A stretch of DNA of 64,000 bases. It comes from Octopus sinensis (Eukaryota). The notes beneath the pieces are model-generated. The model had not been told where the DNA came from, ran no database searches, and was given only the letters and a program-made list of their open reading frames with translations. The translations under genes were made by a program, and so were the position numbers. Below, in pieces: positions 25,259 through 38,523 of the stretch (position 1 is its first letter; each line of letters opens with the position of its first letter). The stretch lies in contig NC_043009.1 of the NCBI RefSeq assembly GCF_006345805.1, forward strand, positions 22,630,001 to 22,694,000, in the 5' to 3' direction.

Positions 25259-25630
25259 ACCGTGCCGGTGGCACGTAAAAGCACCATCCGCTCGTGTCCA
25301 TTGCCAGCCTCGCCTGGTCCCTGTGCCGTTGGCACATAAAAGCACCATCCGTTCGTGTGCGTTGCAGCCTCGCCTGGTCCCCATGCCGGTGGCACGTAAA
25401 GGCACCATCCGTTCGTGTCCGTTTGCCAGCTCTGTCTGGCACCTGTGCGGGTGGCACGTAAAAAGCACCCACCACACTCACGGAGTGGTTGGCGTTAAGA
25501 AGGGCATCCAGCCGTAGAAACACTGCCATATCTGACTGGGCATGATGAAGCCTTCCGGCTTCACAGACCCCAGTTGAACCGTCCAACCCATGCTAGCATG
25601 GAAAACGGACGCTAAATGATGATGATGATG
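25259..25630 (+). mobile_element. RTE 3' UTR copy with about 4 tandem units
   Basis: Matches 4848-5313 in reverse. Confidence 0.75.
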
Positions 25631-26073
25631 AATCTTTGCATAACAGGCACAAGGCCTGGAATTCTGGGGGGAGGGGAACAGATGATTACATTAAACTCTG
25701 GTGCTAACTGGTACTTAATTACCATGGTCAAATTTGGACTCAGAATATAAAGAGAGACAATACACTGCAAAGCATTTTGCCTGGTGTGCTAATGATTCTG
25801 CCAGCTCATTACTTTAATAATGATTTCAAATTTTGGCACAAGGCTTGAAATTTTTGGGGAGTGGGATACTTTATTACATTGACCCCCAGTGCTCAAATGG
25901 TACTTATTTTATTGTCCTGAAAGGATGAAAAGCAAAGTCAACCTTGGTGGAATTTGAACTTGGAATGTAAAGGCAGATGAAATGCTGAGAAGCAGTTTGC
26001 CCAGCATGCTAACAATTCTGTCAGCTTGCTGTCTTAATAACAACAACAACAACAATAATAATAATAATAATAA

Positions 26074-26500
26074 TTTCATTTTCCACAATGGCTAAGGATG
26101 AGCGGAATAATACAGAGACAGACATAAAGTGTGGGGGGTTGACATATAATAACGAAAAAATAAAAAATAATGATAAAAAATAAAGATTACACGGTATACA
26201 TTGGAAAAGAAGGGACAACAAAAGTAAAAGAAAAAGAAAGTGGGGGAGCATGATAGAGATGTGGCCCTCCTGATACAGGAATGCCTCTAGGGATAATCAA
26301 GAAACCCCACTGTCTGAGATTTCCCCCGAAACCTTAGGACCAAGTGCCTTCTCTAATTCCTTCTCTCCGACTCACAGGTCTACTCTTGCCATTTTCACAA
26401 CTTTCATCCATCTTTCAATAAACTCACTCGAGGACAACACTTCCCTCTCCACTCTCAATTTCCTTTTAAAGTGAAACTTAAAAAGGTCAAAGGGAGCTCT
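26074..26500 (-). mobile_element. Old 3' fragment of a related Tx1/L1-clade LINE
   Basis: Translates as LDLFKFHFKRKLRVEREVLSSSEFIERWMKVVKMARV, versus LINFFKYHLKRKVRMEREVLSRERFKKRWVNVAKMVRA in the 956-aa ORF. Ends TAGCCATTGTGGAAAATGAAA followed by (ATT)n. Confidence 0.75.
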
Positions 26501-27943
26501 ACCATAGAGGAATGTATCTGCTTGCCCAATTGAAGGAGGGCGGTGGTGCAATCATCACTACAGATGGATCCATCACACACATGACAGCAGTTGTTCAACA
26601 TAACCCCACAAGTCAGCAATGCCCGGATACTGAACGAGGGTGTGCAGAATGGTTTTGTCACTGTATGCACCTCAGAGAAGTCTGACTGACAGCACATCTG
26701 TACCTGTAGAAAGCATCGACCGAACCTGTCCGATGCCAGTACCCTCAGACTGGTTCCTGTGTCGGTGGCACATAAAAAGCACCATCTGAAAGTGGTTGAT
26801 GCCAGGCCTGCCTGACTAGCTCCTGTGCTGGTGGCACGTAAAAAGCTCCAACTGATCATGACCAATGCCAGTACCCCATGACTGGCTCCCATGCCGGTGG
26901 CGTGTAAAAAGCACCAATCAATCGTGACCCATGTCAGTACCCACTGACTGGCTCCTGTGCCAGTGACACATAAAAAGCACCATCCAAACATGATCGTTGC
27001 CAGGCCCGCCTGATTGGCCCATTGCCGGTGGTACATAAAAAGCACCTCTCAGCAGTACTGCCAACCCAAAGACATCTGGAAATTATCCATGATAGTTCCC
27101 AACCAGGAAGTCCTCTGTAACAGACAACCCTGTTTGTTCTAATCCTTTCTAATATAGGCACAAGGTCTGGAATTTTGGGGGAAGGGGACCGGTCAGTTAC
27201 AGCAACTGGAGTACTTGACTGCTATTTATTTTATCAACCATGAAAAGAGCAAGTCGACCTTGGTGGCATTTTAATTCAGTGTGCAAACGAGTCTGCCAGC
27301 TTGCTGCTTTAATAATGACAACAAAAACAACTACAATAATGAATGAAATAATAAGAAATAACAAATAAAATAATAGAAAATAATAAATGTAATAAAAATT
27401 TTAGTAGAAATAAGAGAAATACTGCTTAGCACAAAGGAGAAACAATTTAATGTTGATGATATCTAGCTGTATATCAGAACTGGTTGTGTAGGCCTATGAT
27501 TAAAGGCATTCCAGCCATGACCATCTTGTTTGTTTTGGTACATCTAAGACTTTGTAATCAATGTTTGCTTCTCTTTTCATAGTCACTTGATCTTTTTACT
27601 CTCTTTTCAGAGTTTATTTATGCAAATGAATTCTTTATTTTTGGCATCATAGAAAACATTTGCACTGTTAAGATGTCAGCTTAAACAAATAAATAAATAA
27701 TGGTCACATGGTTTTCAAGATGTTTTTCCCGGCTGAGACTACGTGTCTATGCTCATCAGCATTTTCTCAGGATGACATATATACGATGGGTTTCTTTCAG
27801 TTTCCATCTACCAAATCCATTCACAAGGCTTTGATCAACCCAGGGCTATTATAGAAGACACTTGTCCAAGGTGTCATGCAGTGGGACCGAACCTGAAACC
27901 ATTTGGTTGGAAAGCAAACTTCCAAAAACACAACCATACTGCA

Positions 27944-27991
<48 letters not shown>

Positions 27992-28067
27992 TACAAAAAA
28001 TCCAGGGTGAATACTTGATAACTGTAAGCACCTGTATATGCCAGTTAGTGGTGTAGGTGATAGGGTA

Positions 28068-28112
<45 letters not shown>

Positions 28113-28323
28113 CAATGATAAATATCAAAGTGAGTTATATACAGTAGCGGTAACACATCGTGACGTATATTTGCCATCTCAATATGGCTACCCCTAAGGG
28201 TGGATGCTACTGTAGTTTTTAGCCCCAGGAGGACACACTCCTCCAGCTGGCCATAGACACACTTTCTGTGTCCTGTCAGTATTTGCAAAGGGAAGTCATC
28301 CTTCCCGTCTTCAACTTATGATA

Positions 28324-28368
28324 CACACGGACTCGAGTTTCGAGGTATTGACCTCTCGTCAGCGTGTG
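28324..28368 (-). ncRNA. Minimal type I hammerhead ribozyme
   Basis: Exact reverse complement of 28593-28637. Confidence 0.9.
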
Positions 28369-28592
28369 ACAATCATAGTTGTCGGCGAGAATTAGATTTC
28401 CTTCACAAATACTTATACTTTTTCCAGCGTCCACTGTCGCTGATATTGAAAAAGTGAAATCAAACATCCACCCTTAGGGGTAGCCATATATCATTGTTTG
28501 ATTTCACTTTTTCAATATCAGCGACAGTGGACGCTGGAAAAAGTATAAGTATTTGTGAAGGAAATCTAATTCTCGCCGACAACTATGATTGT

Positions 28593-28637
28593 CACACGCT
28601 GACGAGAGGTCAATACCTCGAAACTCGAGTCCGTGTG
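28593..28637 (+). ncRNA. Minimal type I hammerhead ribozyme
   Basis: CACACG-CTGACGA-GAGGT(caat)ACCTC-GAAA-CTCGAG-TC^-CGTGTG. All core bases are canonical, stem I is 6 bp, stem II is 5 bp, stem III is the palindrome ACTCGAGT, and the GUC^ site is after 28631. Confidence 0.9.
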
Positions 28638-28800
28638 TATCATAAGTTGAAGACGGGAAGGATGACTTCCCTTTGCAAATACTGACAGGACACAGAAAGT
28701 GTCTCTATGGCCAGCTGGAGGAGTGTGTCCTCCTGGGGCTAAAAACTACAGTAGCATCCACCCTTAGGGATAGCCATATTGAGATGGCAAATATACGTCA

Positions 28801-28840
<40 letters not shown>

Positions 28841-28841
28841 C

Positions 28842-29110
28842 ATCATCATCATCATCATCATTTAACATCTGTTTTCCATGCTGGCATGGGTTGGACGGTT
28901 TGAAATAAAACTGGTAAGCTGGGAGTTGCACCAGGTTCCAATCTGATTTGGCATGATTTTTACAGCTGGACGCCCTTCCTAACGCCAACCACTCCAAGAG
29001 TGTAGTGGGTGCCATTTATGTGTCACCGGCACGGGTGCCAGTTATGAAACACCTGCATCCGCCACAACTATGATTTCACTTGGCTTGACAGATCTTGTCA
29101 AGCACAGTAT
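28842..29110 (-). mobile_element. RTE 3' UTR fragment
   Basis: (GAT)n tail at 28842 and conserved UTR sequence. Confidence 0.65.
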
Positions 29111-29154
29111 TTCACCGAAGTAATACGTATATACATGATGGGCATGATCAGCTT

Positions 29155-31064
29155 CCAGAGAAATCCTTTGACAGGGTGCCCCAATCCCTTATTTTGTGGT
29201 CAATGCCGAAACTGGGGATAGACAAGTGGCTGGTAAGAGCTATACAAGCCCTGTACAGGGATGCTGTCAGTAAGGTGAGGGTTGGGAATGAGTATAATGA
29301 AGAATTCCAAGTAGAAGTAGGGGCTCACCAAGGCTCAGTCCTCAGCCCCTTATTCATTATAGTCCTCCAGGCAATAACAGAGGAATTCAAGACAAGCTAC
29401 CCCTGGGAGCTCCTCTATGCTGATAACCTTGCTCTAATAGCTGAGTCACTGCCAGAACTGGAGATGAAGTTTAGGGTGTGGAAGCAAGGTCTAAAATTGA
29501 AGAGTCTTTGGGTTAACCTCGCAAAAACCAAAGTCTTAGTAAGTAGGAAGGCTGTCAAATCACAATCCCCTTCAGGTAGATAGCCCTGCTCGATGTGTAA
29601 AAAAGGCATGGGTAGAAACTCTATACGATGTACCTGGTGTAATCTATGGACACAAAAACTTCAGTTATATCAAAGGAAGGTTAACGGAAAATAATTTTTG
29701 TGTGTGGCAGATGCACTGGGGAAATAAACACTGAAGATGTACAGAAAACAGATTCCATGACATGCCAGGGGGAGAAACTAGAAGTAGTTAATAGCTTCTG
29801 CTACCTAGGCGACCAAGTCTGTAGTGGGGGCGGTTGCTCTGAGAGTGTAGCACTAGAGTAAATAGCCTAGGCTAAGTTCAGGGAGCTCCTACCTCTGCTG
29901 GCAACTAAAGGCCTCTTGCTCAGGGTGAAAGGTAGACTGTATGATGCATGTGTGCGAACTGCCATGCTACATGGCAGTGAAACATGGGCCATGAATGCTG
30001 AGGACATGCGTAAACTTGAAAGGAATGAAGCTAGTATGATCCGCTGAATGTGTAATATCAGCATGCATACATGACAGAGTGTAAGTGTCCTGAGAGAAAA
30101 GTTGGGCATAAGGAGTATCAAACGTGGTGTGCAAGAGAGACGACTGCGCTGATATGGCCATGTGTTACGTATGAATGAAGACAGCTGTGTGAGGAAGTGT
30201 CACTCCCTAACTATTGAAGAAACCCGTGGAAGAGGTAGTCCCAGAAAGACATGGGAAGAGGTGGTGAAGCATGAATTTCGAACATTGGGCTTCACAGAGG
30301 CAATGACAGGAGACCAGGACCTTTGGAGATATGCTGGCAACTATAGTGAGATTGCAGCAAGGTATGTCCAGGCCCCATTAAGAATACCCCTGATGCATCA
30401 GGCAATATTATATGCTTGAGAAGACCTGTTGAGTCAAGTAAAACCAATATCATAGCTGGAGCGAGTGCCCCCTGACTGGCTCCCGTGCCAGTGGCACGTA
30501 AAAAGCACCATCTAGACGTGATCGTTGCCAGGCCCGCCTGACTGGCTCCTGTGCTGGTGGCATGTAAAAAGCACCGACTGAACCCAGCCGATGCCAGTAC
30601 CCTCAGACTGGCTCCTGTATCGGTGGCACATAAAAAGCACCATCCAAAAATGGTTGATGCTAGTCCGCCTGACTGGCTCCCATGCTGGTGACATGTAAAA
30701 AGCTCCAACCGATCATGACCAATGCCAGTACCCCATTACTGGCTCCCATGCCGGTGGTGTAAAAAGCACCAACCGATCATGACCAATGTCAGTACCCCTG
30801 ACTGGCTCCTGTGCTAGTGGCACATAAAAAGAACCAGCGGAACATGATCATTGCCAAGCCCACCTGACTGGCTCCTGTGCCAGTGGCATGTAAAAAGCAC
30901 CCACTACACTCTCGGAGTGGTTGGCGTTAGGAAGGGCATCCAGCTGTAGAAACTTTGCTAGATCATATTGGAGCCTGGTCCAGCTGCTGGCTTTCCAGAC
31001 CTCAGTCAAGCCATCAAACCCATGCCAGCTTGGAAAACAGATGTTAATCAATGATGATGATGAT
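29155..31064 (+). mobile_element. Degraded 5'-truncated RTE-clade LINE (RT domain, Cys-rich insert, C-terminus, 3' UTR with VNTR)
   Basis: Motifs SFDRVP, HQGSVLSPLF, LLYADNLAL, FCYLGD, MLHGSETW, YGHVLRM and GRGSPRKTW, with multiple stops and frameshifts. Confidence 0.9.
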
Positions 31065-31689
31065 CTACAAAATCCACTCATAAGGCTTTGGTCAGACTAG
31101 GGCTATAGGAGATGACACTTGTCAATGTGTCATGCAATGGGACCGAACTTGAAACCATGTGGTTGGGAGCAAACTTCCTACCACATAGCCACATCTGTAC
31201 CGATGTGAATAGAAAACGCTTAAAGAACAATTTGTCTGATAACTGACACTGTTATTATGTTACTTTAAAACGAACAATGAGGATACTAAATATGAATTCC
31301 TAAAACACAATAAAGTCATTCATAACTTTGCTACCCCCTCTTCCCTCATACCTGCTAAAAAAAAAAGAAACAATCATATGGAAACAAACAAAATAAATCA
31401 ATGGAGAATATAAATAACATATTTATGTTTACATTAATTAATGATTAATTGAAGACACACTGGATTCGTTCATTCATTTAACACAGACAAATGAGAGCAT
31501 ATGTTTAAGACTTAATAAATATAAGTATAAGAGCAGATAAAGTTGTTACACAATGATTCCGGTGAGGATGATGGTAGCTTTTAATTATTCATCGGTGGAA
31601 GAGTGACAGAAGGTACCATGTAAATTGTCAACAATAATACAAGAGAGATGGGGGAACAGCAGTGTTTGTGAGCTTTGCTGGCATTTTAA

Positions 31690-32137
31690 CCTTTTCGATA
31701 CCAACCTGACTGAAACCGCCTCTTGCTCTATAGTACAATTGTCTTGTTTTCATAAGTTTTGAGTTAAAATCTTCTCACTCAGGATGAAAAGTAGACTGTA
31801 TGATGCATGTGTGTGAACTGCCATGCTACATGGCAGTGAAACATGGGCCATGAATGCTGAAGACATGCATAGGCTTGAAAGAAATGAAGCTAGTAAGATC
31901 CGCTGGATATGTAATGTCAGTGTGCATATACAACAGAGTGTAAATGCCCTGAGAGAAAAGTTGGACATAAGAAGCATCAAATGTGGTGTGCAAGAGAGAC
32001 GACTGTGCCTTAGCTGCAATTCATGTTTCTAATACTAGCTTAATGATAACTATGTTATTTTACTAAATTCTTTGTTATATTTAAAATTAATTGAAAGAAA
32101 CACAGAGCATATCAAAATAAATACAGTAACGAAAGGA
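31690..32137. mobile_element. piggyBac-type MITE containing an internal RTE fragment (31775-32007)
   Basis: Flanks match the MITEs at 53867-54071 and 54124-54343. The insert matches ~29920-30150. Confidence 0.8.
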
Positions 32138-32760
32138 TTAACACTCTCTGTCTAGAGACTTTGTGAAGTTTAGTCTCAGCAAGAAAATCAGAGGAGAAGT
32201 GAGGGCTAAACTGATGGACCGATCAGAATACTTGCTTGTGCCAGAGTAAAACCTCCCAGAGTTACCCAAAGGCCAGATGGTGGCAATATAATTACAAGCA
32301 TGTGCTGGATTTACCACCTAGGCCTCTGATATTTAAAATATAGTGTTAACATCATATGCAAATTAGTGAGTCCAGTCTTCTGTAGCTACCATAATAGTTG
32401 GCTTGTTTCTCTGGAATTGGTTAAATTGATGGAGACACCTCTCATAAGAATTCAATGAGATTTGAAAATCAATTAAGGTTATTCATCATATTTTTAATCT
32501 ATGGAGAAACAGTTAAGTTAGCCCTGTTTATTAATGTACTATATAAGTTACTTATATCTATATTCTTTCTATTATAGATACAAGGCCTGAAATTTTTGAG
32601 GGGAGGGGCTAGCTGATCACATCAACTTCAGTGTATAGCTCATACTTATTTTATTGCCCCAAATGGATGAAAGGCTAAGTTAACCTTCCTGGAATTTGAA
32701 CTCAGCATGTAAAGCAGATGAAATACCACTAAACACTTTGTTTGGTATACTAATGGTTCT

Positions 32761-32967
32761 ACAGGAGTGGCTGTGTGGTAAGTAGCTTGCTTAGCAACCA
32801 CATGGTTCCGGGTTCAGTCCCACTGTGTGGCACCTTGGGCAAGTGTCTTCTACTATAGCCTCGGGCCAACCAAAGCCTTGTGCGTGGATTTAGCAGACAG
32901 AAACTGAAAGAAGCCCGTTGTATATATGTATCATCATCAACGTTTAACGTCTGCTTTCCATGCTAGC

Positions 32968-33015
<48 letters not shown>

Positions 33016-33205
33016 TTTGTCCCCCCAACATTGCTTGAAAACCAATGCTGGTGTGTTTACGTCCCTGTAATTTAGCGGTTCGGCAAAAGAGACTGATACA
33101 ATAAGTACTAGGCTTACAAAGAATAAGTCCTGGGGTTTGATTTGCTCGACTAAAAGCAGTGCTCCAGCATGGCGGCAGTCAAATGACTGAAACAAGTAAG
33201 AGAGT
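32761..33205 (+). mobile_element. Family A SINE
   Basis: Head and tail match 4467-4831. Confidence 0.8.
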
Positions 33206-34270
33206 ACGCCATCGTATTGTCTTAATATCCACTCTTCCATGCTTGCATGGGTCAGTTGTCAGATGAAATTCATTCACTCAGATTTTCTATGGCCACATGC
33301 CCTTTCAGTCATCATCCCTCACTTGTTTTCCAAGCAAGGTAATATTCTCCCATGGCCAGACATGTTTATGCAGAATATTGGAAATGAATGACACCACTAG
33401 AACAAATAGTGATACATATTCTTAACTATCACGTGCTGTCAAACAAAGAGGCAGACACACATATGCATATACACACACAGACATACACATGCAAAGACAC
33501 AAACACATACATACACACATGTGCAAGTTCACACACAAACACACATACACACACTTGACAGGCTTCTTTCAATTTCCATCAACCAAAGCTACTCACAAAA
33601 CTTTGTTTGAGCTTGGGGTATAATAGAAGACACTTGCCCAAAGTGTCATGCAGTGGAACTGAACTCAAAAACCACGTGGCTGGAAAGCAAACTCCTTAAC
33701 CACAAAGCCATACCTGAACTTTGTGTGTGTACATGTGTGTTTTCTTGAAGATTCCTTTTGTTGTTAGTGAGTTTCTTGTGACACACAGTTCTTAATGGTT
33801 AGGGTATTTGGCTCACAATTGCAATGTTGTGAGTTCAATTCACACCAATGTGTTGTGTCCTTGAGCAAGACACTTCATTTCCCATTTCCCCAGTCCACTC
33901 AACTGGCAAAAGTTATGGTTGTACCAGTAATTCAAAGAGCCAGCTTTGCCACAATCTGTGCTAGGTTGAATCTTCCTAAGAACTACGTTAAGGGCACACA
34001 TGTCTGTGGAGTACCCAGCCACTTACATGTTAATTTCACAAGCAGGTTCTTCTGTTGATTGGATCAACTGGAACACATGTTGTTGTAAGTAAAGGAGCAC
34101 CAGAACCCACAATCTTTCAGGTAACAATAATGATGATTCTGTTGCCTTTAGAATCACACCACTTCTCACACCGAATTCAGAAAGTAACAATGGAAGAAAT
34201 CATCTGCTTGTAATGAACAAATAGGACCTAAAACTTGCATTGAGAGAGTTTTCCTTGTCTTCATAACCAA

Positions 34271-34308
<38 letters not shown>

Positions 34309-34564
34309 TTGTTGCAAGGGAGGTCATGCTGTCTATCAAAAACACATGCACTGGTTGTATTTTAATTGTTTTACTAGCAATTAATTAGACAATTAGTTAC
34401 AGACAATTAGTTAATTAAGAAATGTGTTTTCATTGGCAGCATGACTCAAAGCAAAACAATCAGAGTCAACACAAGATTTCAAATCAAGTCTTTTACAAAA
34501 TACGCACACGCACACAGATGAAAACATATAAGTGTGCATATGTACGCATGTGTATATATATATA

Positions 34565-35935
34565 TAATAATAGGGAATATTATTCCAAACTTACAGGGAA
34601 AAATTCAATTTAGAAATACTAAATCAAATTTCACAAAATATGATATATATATATCATCATCATCATCATCATTTAACGTCCGCTTTCCATGCTAGCATGG
34701 GTTGGACGGTTCAACTGGGGTCTGGGGAGCCCGAAAGCTGCACCAGTCCAGTCAGATCTGGCAGTGTTTCTACAGCTGGATGCCCTTCCTAACACCAACC
34801 ACTCCGAGAGTGTAGTGGGTGATTTTATGTGCCACTGACACAGGTGCCAGACGAGGCTGGCAAACAGCCACGCTCGGATGGTGTTTTTTATGTGCCACCG
34901 ACACAGGTGCCAGACGAGGCTGGCAGACGGCCACGCTCGGATGGTGTTTTTATGTGCCACCGACACAGGTGCCAGATGAGGCTGGCAAACGGCCACGATC
35001 GGATGGTGTTTGTTACGTGCCCACAGCACGGAGGCCAGTCGATGCGGTACTGGCTACGGCCACGTTCGGATGGTTTTCTTGTGTGCCACGTGCCACCGGC
35101 ACTGGTACCACAAAGATACAAATTCCATTGATGTTCATCTATTTTGATTTGTTTTGATTTTCACTTGCCTCAACAGGTCTTCACAAGTGTCACAAGAAGG
35201 AAGGTATGCACAGGTGGACTGACTACATCCCAGGTAGGGGCCACAGGTTATGGCCTGACTAGTCTTGCCGGGTCTTCGGATGGTGTTTTTATGTGCCACC
35301 GACACAGGTGCCAGATGAGGCTGGCGAACGGCCACGATCGGATGGTGTTTGTTACGTGCCCACAGCACGGAGGCCAGTCGGTGCGGTACTGGCTACGGCC
35401 ACGTTCGGATGGTTTTCTTGTGTGCCACCGGCACTGGTACCACAAAGATACAATTCCATTAATGTTCATCTATTTTGATTTGTTTTGATTTGATTTGATT
35501 TGTTTTGATTTCATTTTGATTTTCACTTGCCTCAACGGCCTTCACAAGTATCACAAGGAGGAAGGTATGCACAGGTGGACTGACTACGTCCCAGGAAGGG
35601 GCCATGGGATATGGCCTGACTAGTCTTGCCGGGTCTTCGGATGGTGTTTTTATGTGCCACCGACACAGGTGCTCGATGAGGCTGGCGAACGGCCACGATC
35701 GGATGGTGTTTGTTATGTGCCCACAGCACGATGGCCAGTCGATGCGGTACTGACTACGGCCATGTTCGGATATGTATATAAAAATTAGAAAAAAACCACC
35801 TTTTATTAATTCAATAATGAAAAATTAAATTATACCATTTAGAAAAATTACATATTATAGAAAGATTAAATATAAGATAAAACATATAACAATGATTAAG
35901 TAATGTGCAAAATAATAAATAAAACGTATATATTT
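34565..35935. repeat. AT-rich dispersed repeat (family E) split by an RTE-UTR insertion; uninterrupted relative at 63735-64000
   Basis: 34565-34650 joined to 35775-35935 aligns with 63735-64000. Confidence 0.75.
34654..35770 (-). mobile_element. RTE 3' UTR copy with a ~340-360-bp block present about 2.4 times in tandem
   Basis: Blocks begin at CGGATGGTGTTTTTATGTGCC near 34937, 35278 and 35638. Confidence 0.8.
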
Positions 35936-36147
35936 GGTAATATATATATATATTTGTATGTATGTATGTGTATTTGTAAATTTTTGTATTATGTGATAGC
36001 CCACCCTCCAAAACTGATGATCTGTGTATATATGTGATGGTGGGAGTTGATTGTGATTGACATTAGAGCCCGAAATCTAAATGATCTAATTGTTGCACAT
36101 TGAGTGCATCGACTCATATGTATACACACACATATATATGTATATCT

Positions 36148-36187
<40 letters not shown>

Positions 36188-37354
36188 TGAGAGAGAGAGA
36201 GAGCAATGGCTAGAAGAATATTGAGCAAAACCTTATAACCAGTTGATGTATTAAGCAAGGCTTCATTTCAGCGCTCAAAATCAAGGAGAAAATTAATTTC
36301 GTGGATACAAAGTTTTATTTGTCTTAAGGTTCAGTCCCACTTCATGGGCATCTCAGGAAAGTGTCTTGTACTATAGTCTCGAGCCGACCAAACCCTGTGA
36401 GTAGATTTGTTGTATGTGTATGTTACCGTTTCTTTGCCTCAATATTCCATGATAGTTATAAGAAAGTGTCACTATCATTCAAGTGGTGTTTTTGTTTCCA
36501 ATCTTCTAAGACATGTTTCACTAAGAGGAAATATTACCTAACTTGGAAACAGATGAAGGTTGGCAACAGGAAGGGCATCCGACTACAAAATCTGCCTCAA
36601 TGAATTCCCTCTAACCCATGTGAGAATTGAAAGGTGGACAATAAAAAATGATGATGATTTTGGTGGTAGTGTGGTATGATGGTATTTGTCAGTTTGAGAG
36701 GTGCACAACTAAATGACATGTCAGTGTTTCCACATAAAGTCACTGACAGTGAAAGTATCATAGCTCAGCCGACTAAACAACCAATTGACCAGTGTTTCCT
36801 ATGAAATTCTGACAAAGCAGACATACAATAGTAACTAATTGCCTTTGATATACATGTCAGAGGGATGGACAAACAGAGAGATAGATGTACACACTGCTAA
36901 TTATATTAGTAGATTAAAAAAAACAACAAACAAAAACCAAAATAAAGTTGTTCAAATATGCCATCCATTCTACTGTATAGCTATTACGTATATCTTATCT
37001 TACTAAAAATACTGCTGTCAATATGGTTAAAGCTTTTGTATACAAACAGCTTTTGGCAACATGGTGTGTTGTTGATGATGCATATAGCTAAAGCTGTTTC
37101 TGCTGTAAATTGTCATGTTGGTGAATTAACTTTTTCACAGTGGACTGATTCTGACAGCACTGTCTTCTAACAGCTATAGCTATGGTAACTGCAATTCTTG
37201 TTGTCAATGGATTAATCCACATCTGCTGGAGACAGTATTGTAAAAACTACTACAACTACTACTGCTACTACCACGACTTAACTGTTTTAACAATCACTTC
37301 TGATGCCAGTAAGTTAAATAAACAGCATGACACACACGTGTGTGTTTGATGGTA

Positions 37355-37421
<67 letters not shown>

Positions 37422-37636
37422 CATACATACACACATGCATGCAAATATATACACACAGATTTGTATGACAATGATATGTATGTATATAAACAGATTTTTA
37501 ACCTGTTTATTGTCGAGTAATTTTGCAACAGATAAACATTTTGACGTGGCGGGCAGCAGTGGTGGCAAGTGTTTAGGTTAAGCAACATTTTGATAAATTG
37601 GCATTACCAATGGAATTTTAAGTATTCTCACTTGCC

Positions 37637-37673
<37 letters not shown>

Positions 37674-38523
37674 GAACTAGACTAATTGTCAGTTGTTGAT
37701 ATAGTAGTGCAATCCAGTTTGATGAAGATTTTTAATGTTTGCACAGACTTGGAATGTTATCTGATAGTTGAGTTGAGGAACTAGTTATGCAATGTTGTTG
37801 TTGTTGTTGTGTAAGCTCTAATTCTGTGGTGGTTCACTGATTGAGCGGACAGCAGACCAATGATCAAAGAAGTTCTGACTATGACTATCCCAGTTTTTTT
37901 TTGTTTCATTCTCTTCATTATCCAATTTGATTTGAGGGAGATTTACCTACTATTTTCAGTAGGTTGAGCATCAGCTTAGAGGCCCCTCGTTAGACAATGT
38001 CATATATAGGTAACATCTATGGTTTCAGGTTCAGTCCTGCTGCATGGCACCTTCAGGTAGCATCTATGAGGTATTTTTTGGTTTTGTGTAGTAAATAAAA
38101 ATGAAAATCAGACATTAATAGGCACAGGTGTGGCAATGTAGTTAAGAAGCTTACTTCCCATCCACATTGGCTGCAGGTTCAGTCCCACTGCATGGCACCT
38201 TCAACAAGTGCCTTCTACTGTAGTTGTGGTCCAATCAAAGACTTGAGAGTGGATTTGGTAGATGGAAACTGAAAGAAGCTTATCACATGTGTGTGTGTGT
38301 GTGGGCATTGGAATACAAAGTTCTCAACCACACAGTCTTACCTACACCAACATATGTTGTTCCCAGGGTGGGAAGAGTAGATGGTAAAACAATTATGATG
38401 GTGATGCTGATAATGGTAATGATGTAATACCAATTGCTCTAGTTAGATTATTGCAGCAAGCCAAAGTTCTTCATTGCCTCAGTCTTTTATTATAATTTCC
38501 TTCACATCAAGGAGGCTTTACCA

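Larger units (their letters stand above)
28111..28805. mobile_element. Retrozyme-/Penelope-like fold-back dimer of a ~352-nt hammerhead-containing unit
   Basis: Inverted arms of about 310 bp, with only 2 mismatches seen by eye. The ~25-bp spacer is itself copied from the arm. Flanked by (TA)n on both sides. Confidence 0.8.

Noticed and set aside
27700-27780. Minus-strand CTGATGA followed by a hairpin and GAAA
   Set aside because: Extra bases separate the hairpin from GAAA, and no stem I or UH site is present.
28276-28685. Two identical 63-aa ORFs on opposite strands
   Set aside because: By-product of the inverted repeat; there is no evidence of coding function.
36010-36085. CTGATGA...CCCGAAA
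   Set aside because: No closing stem II pair and no stem I.
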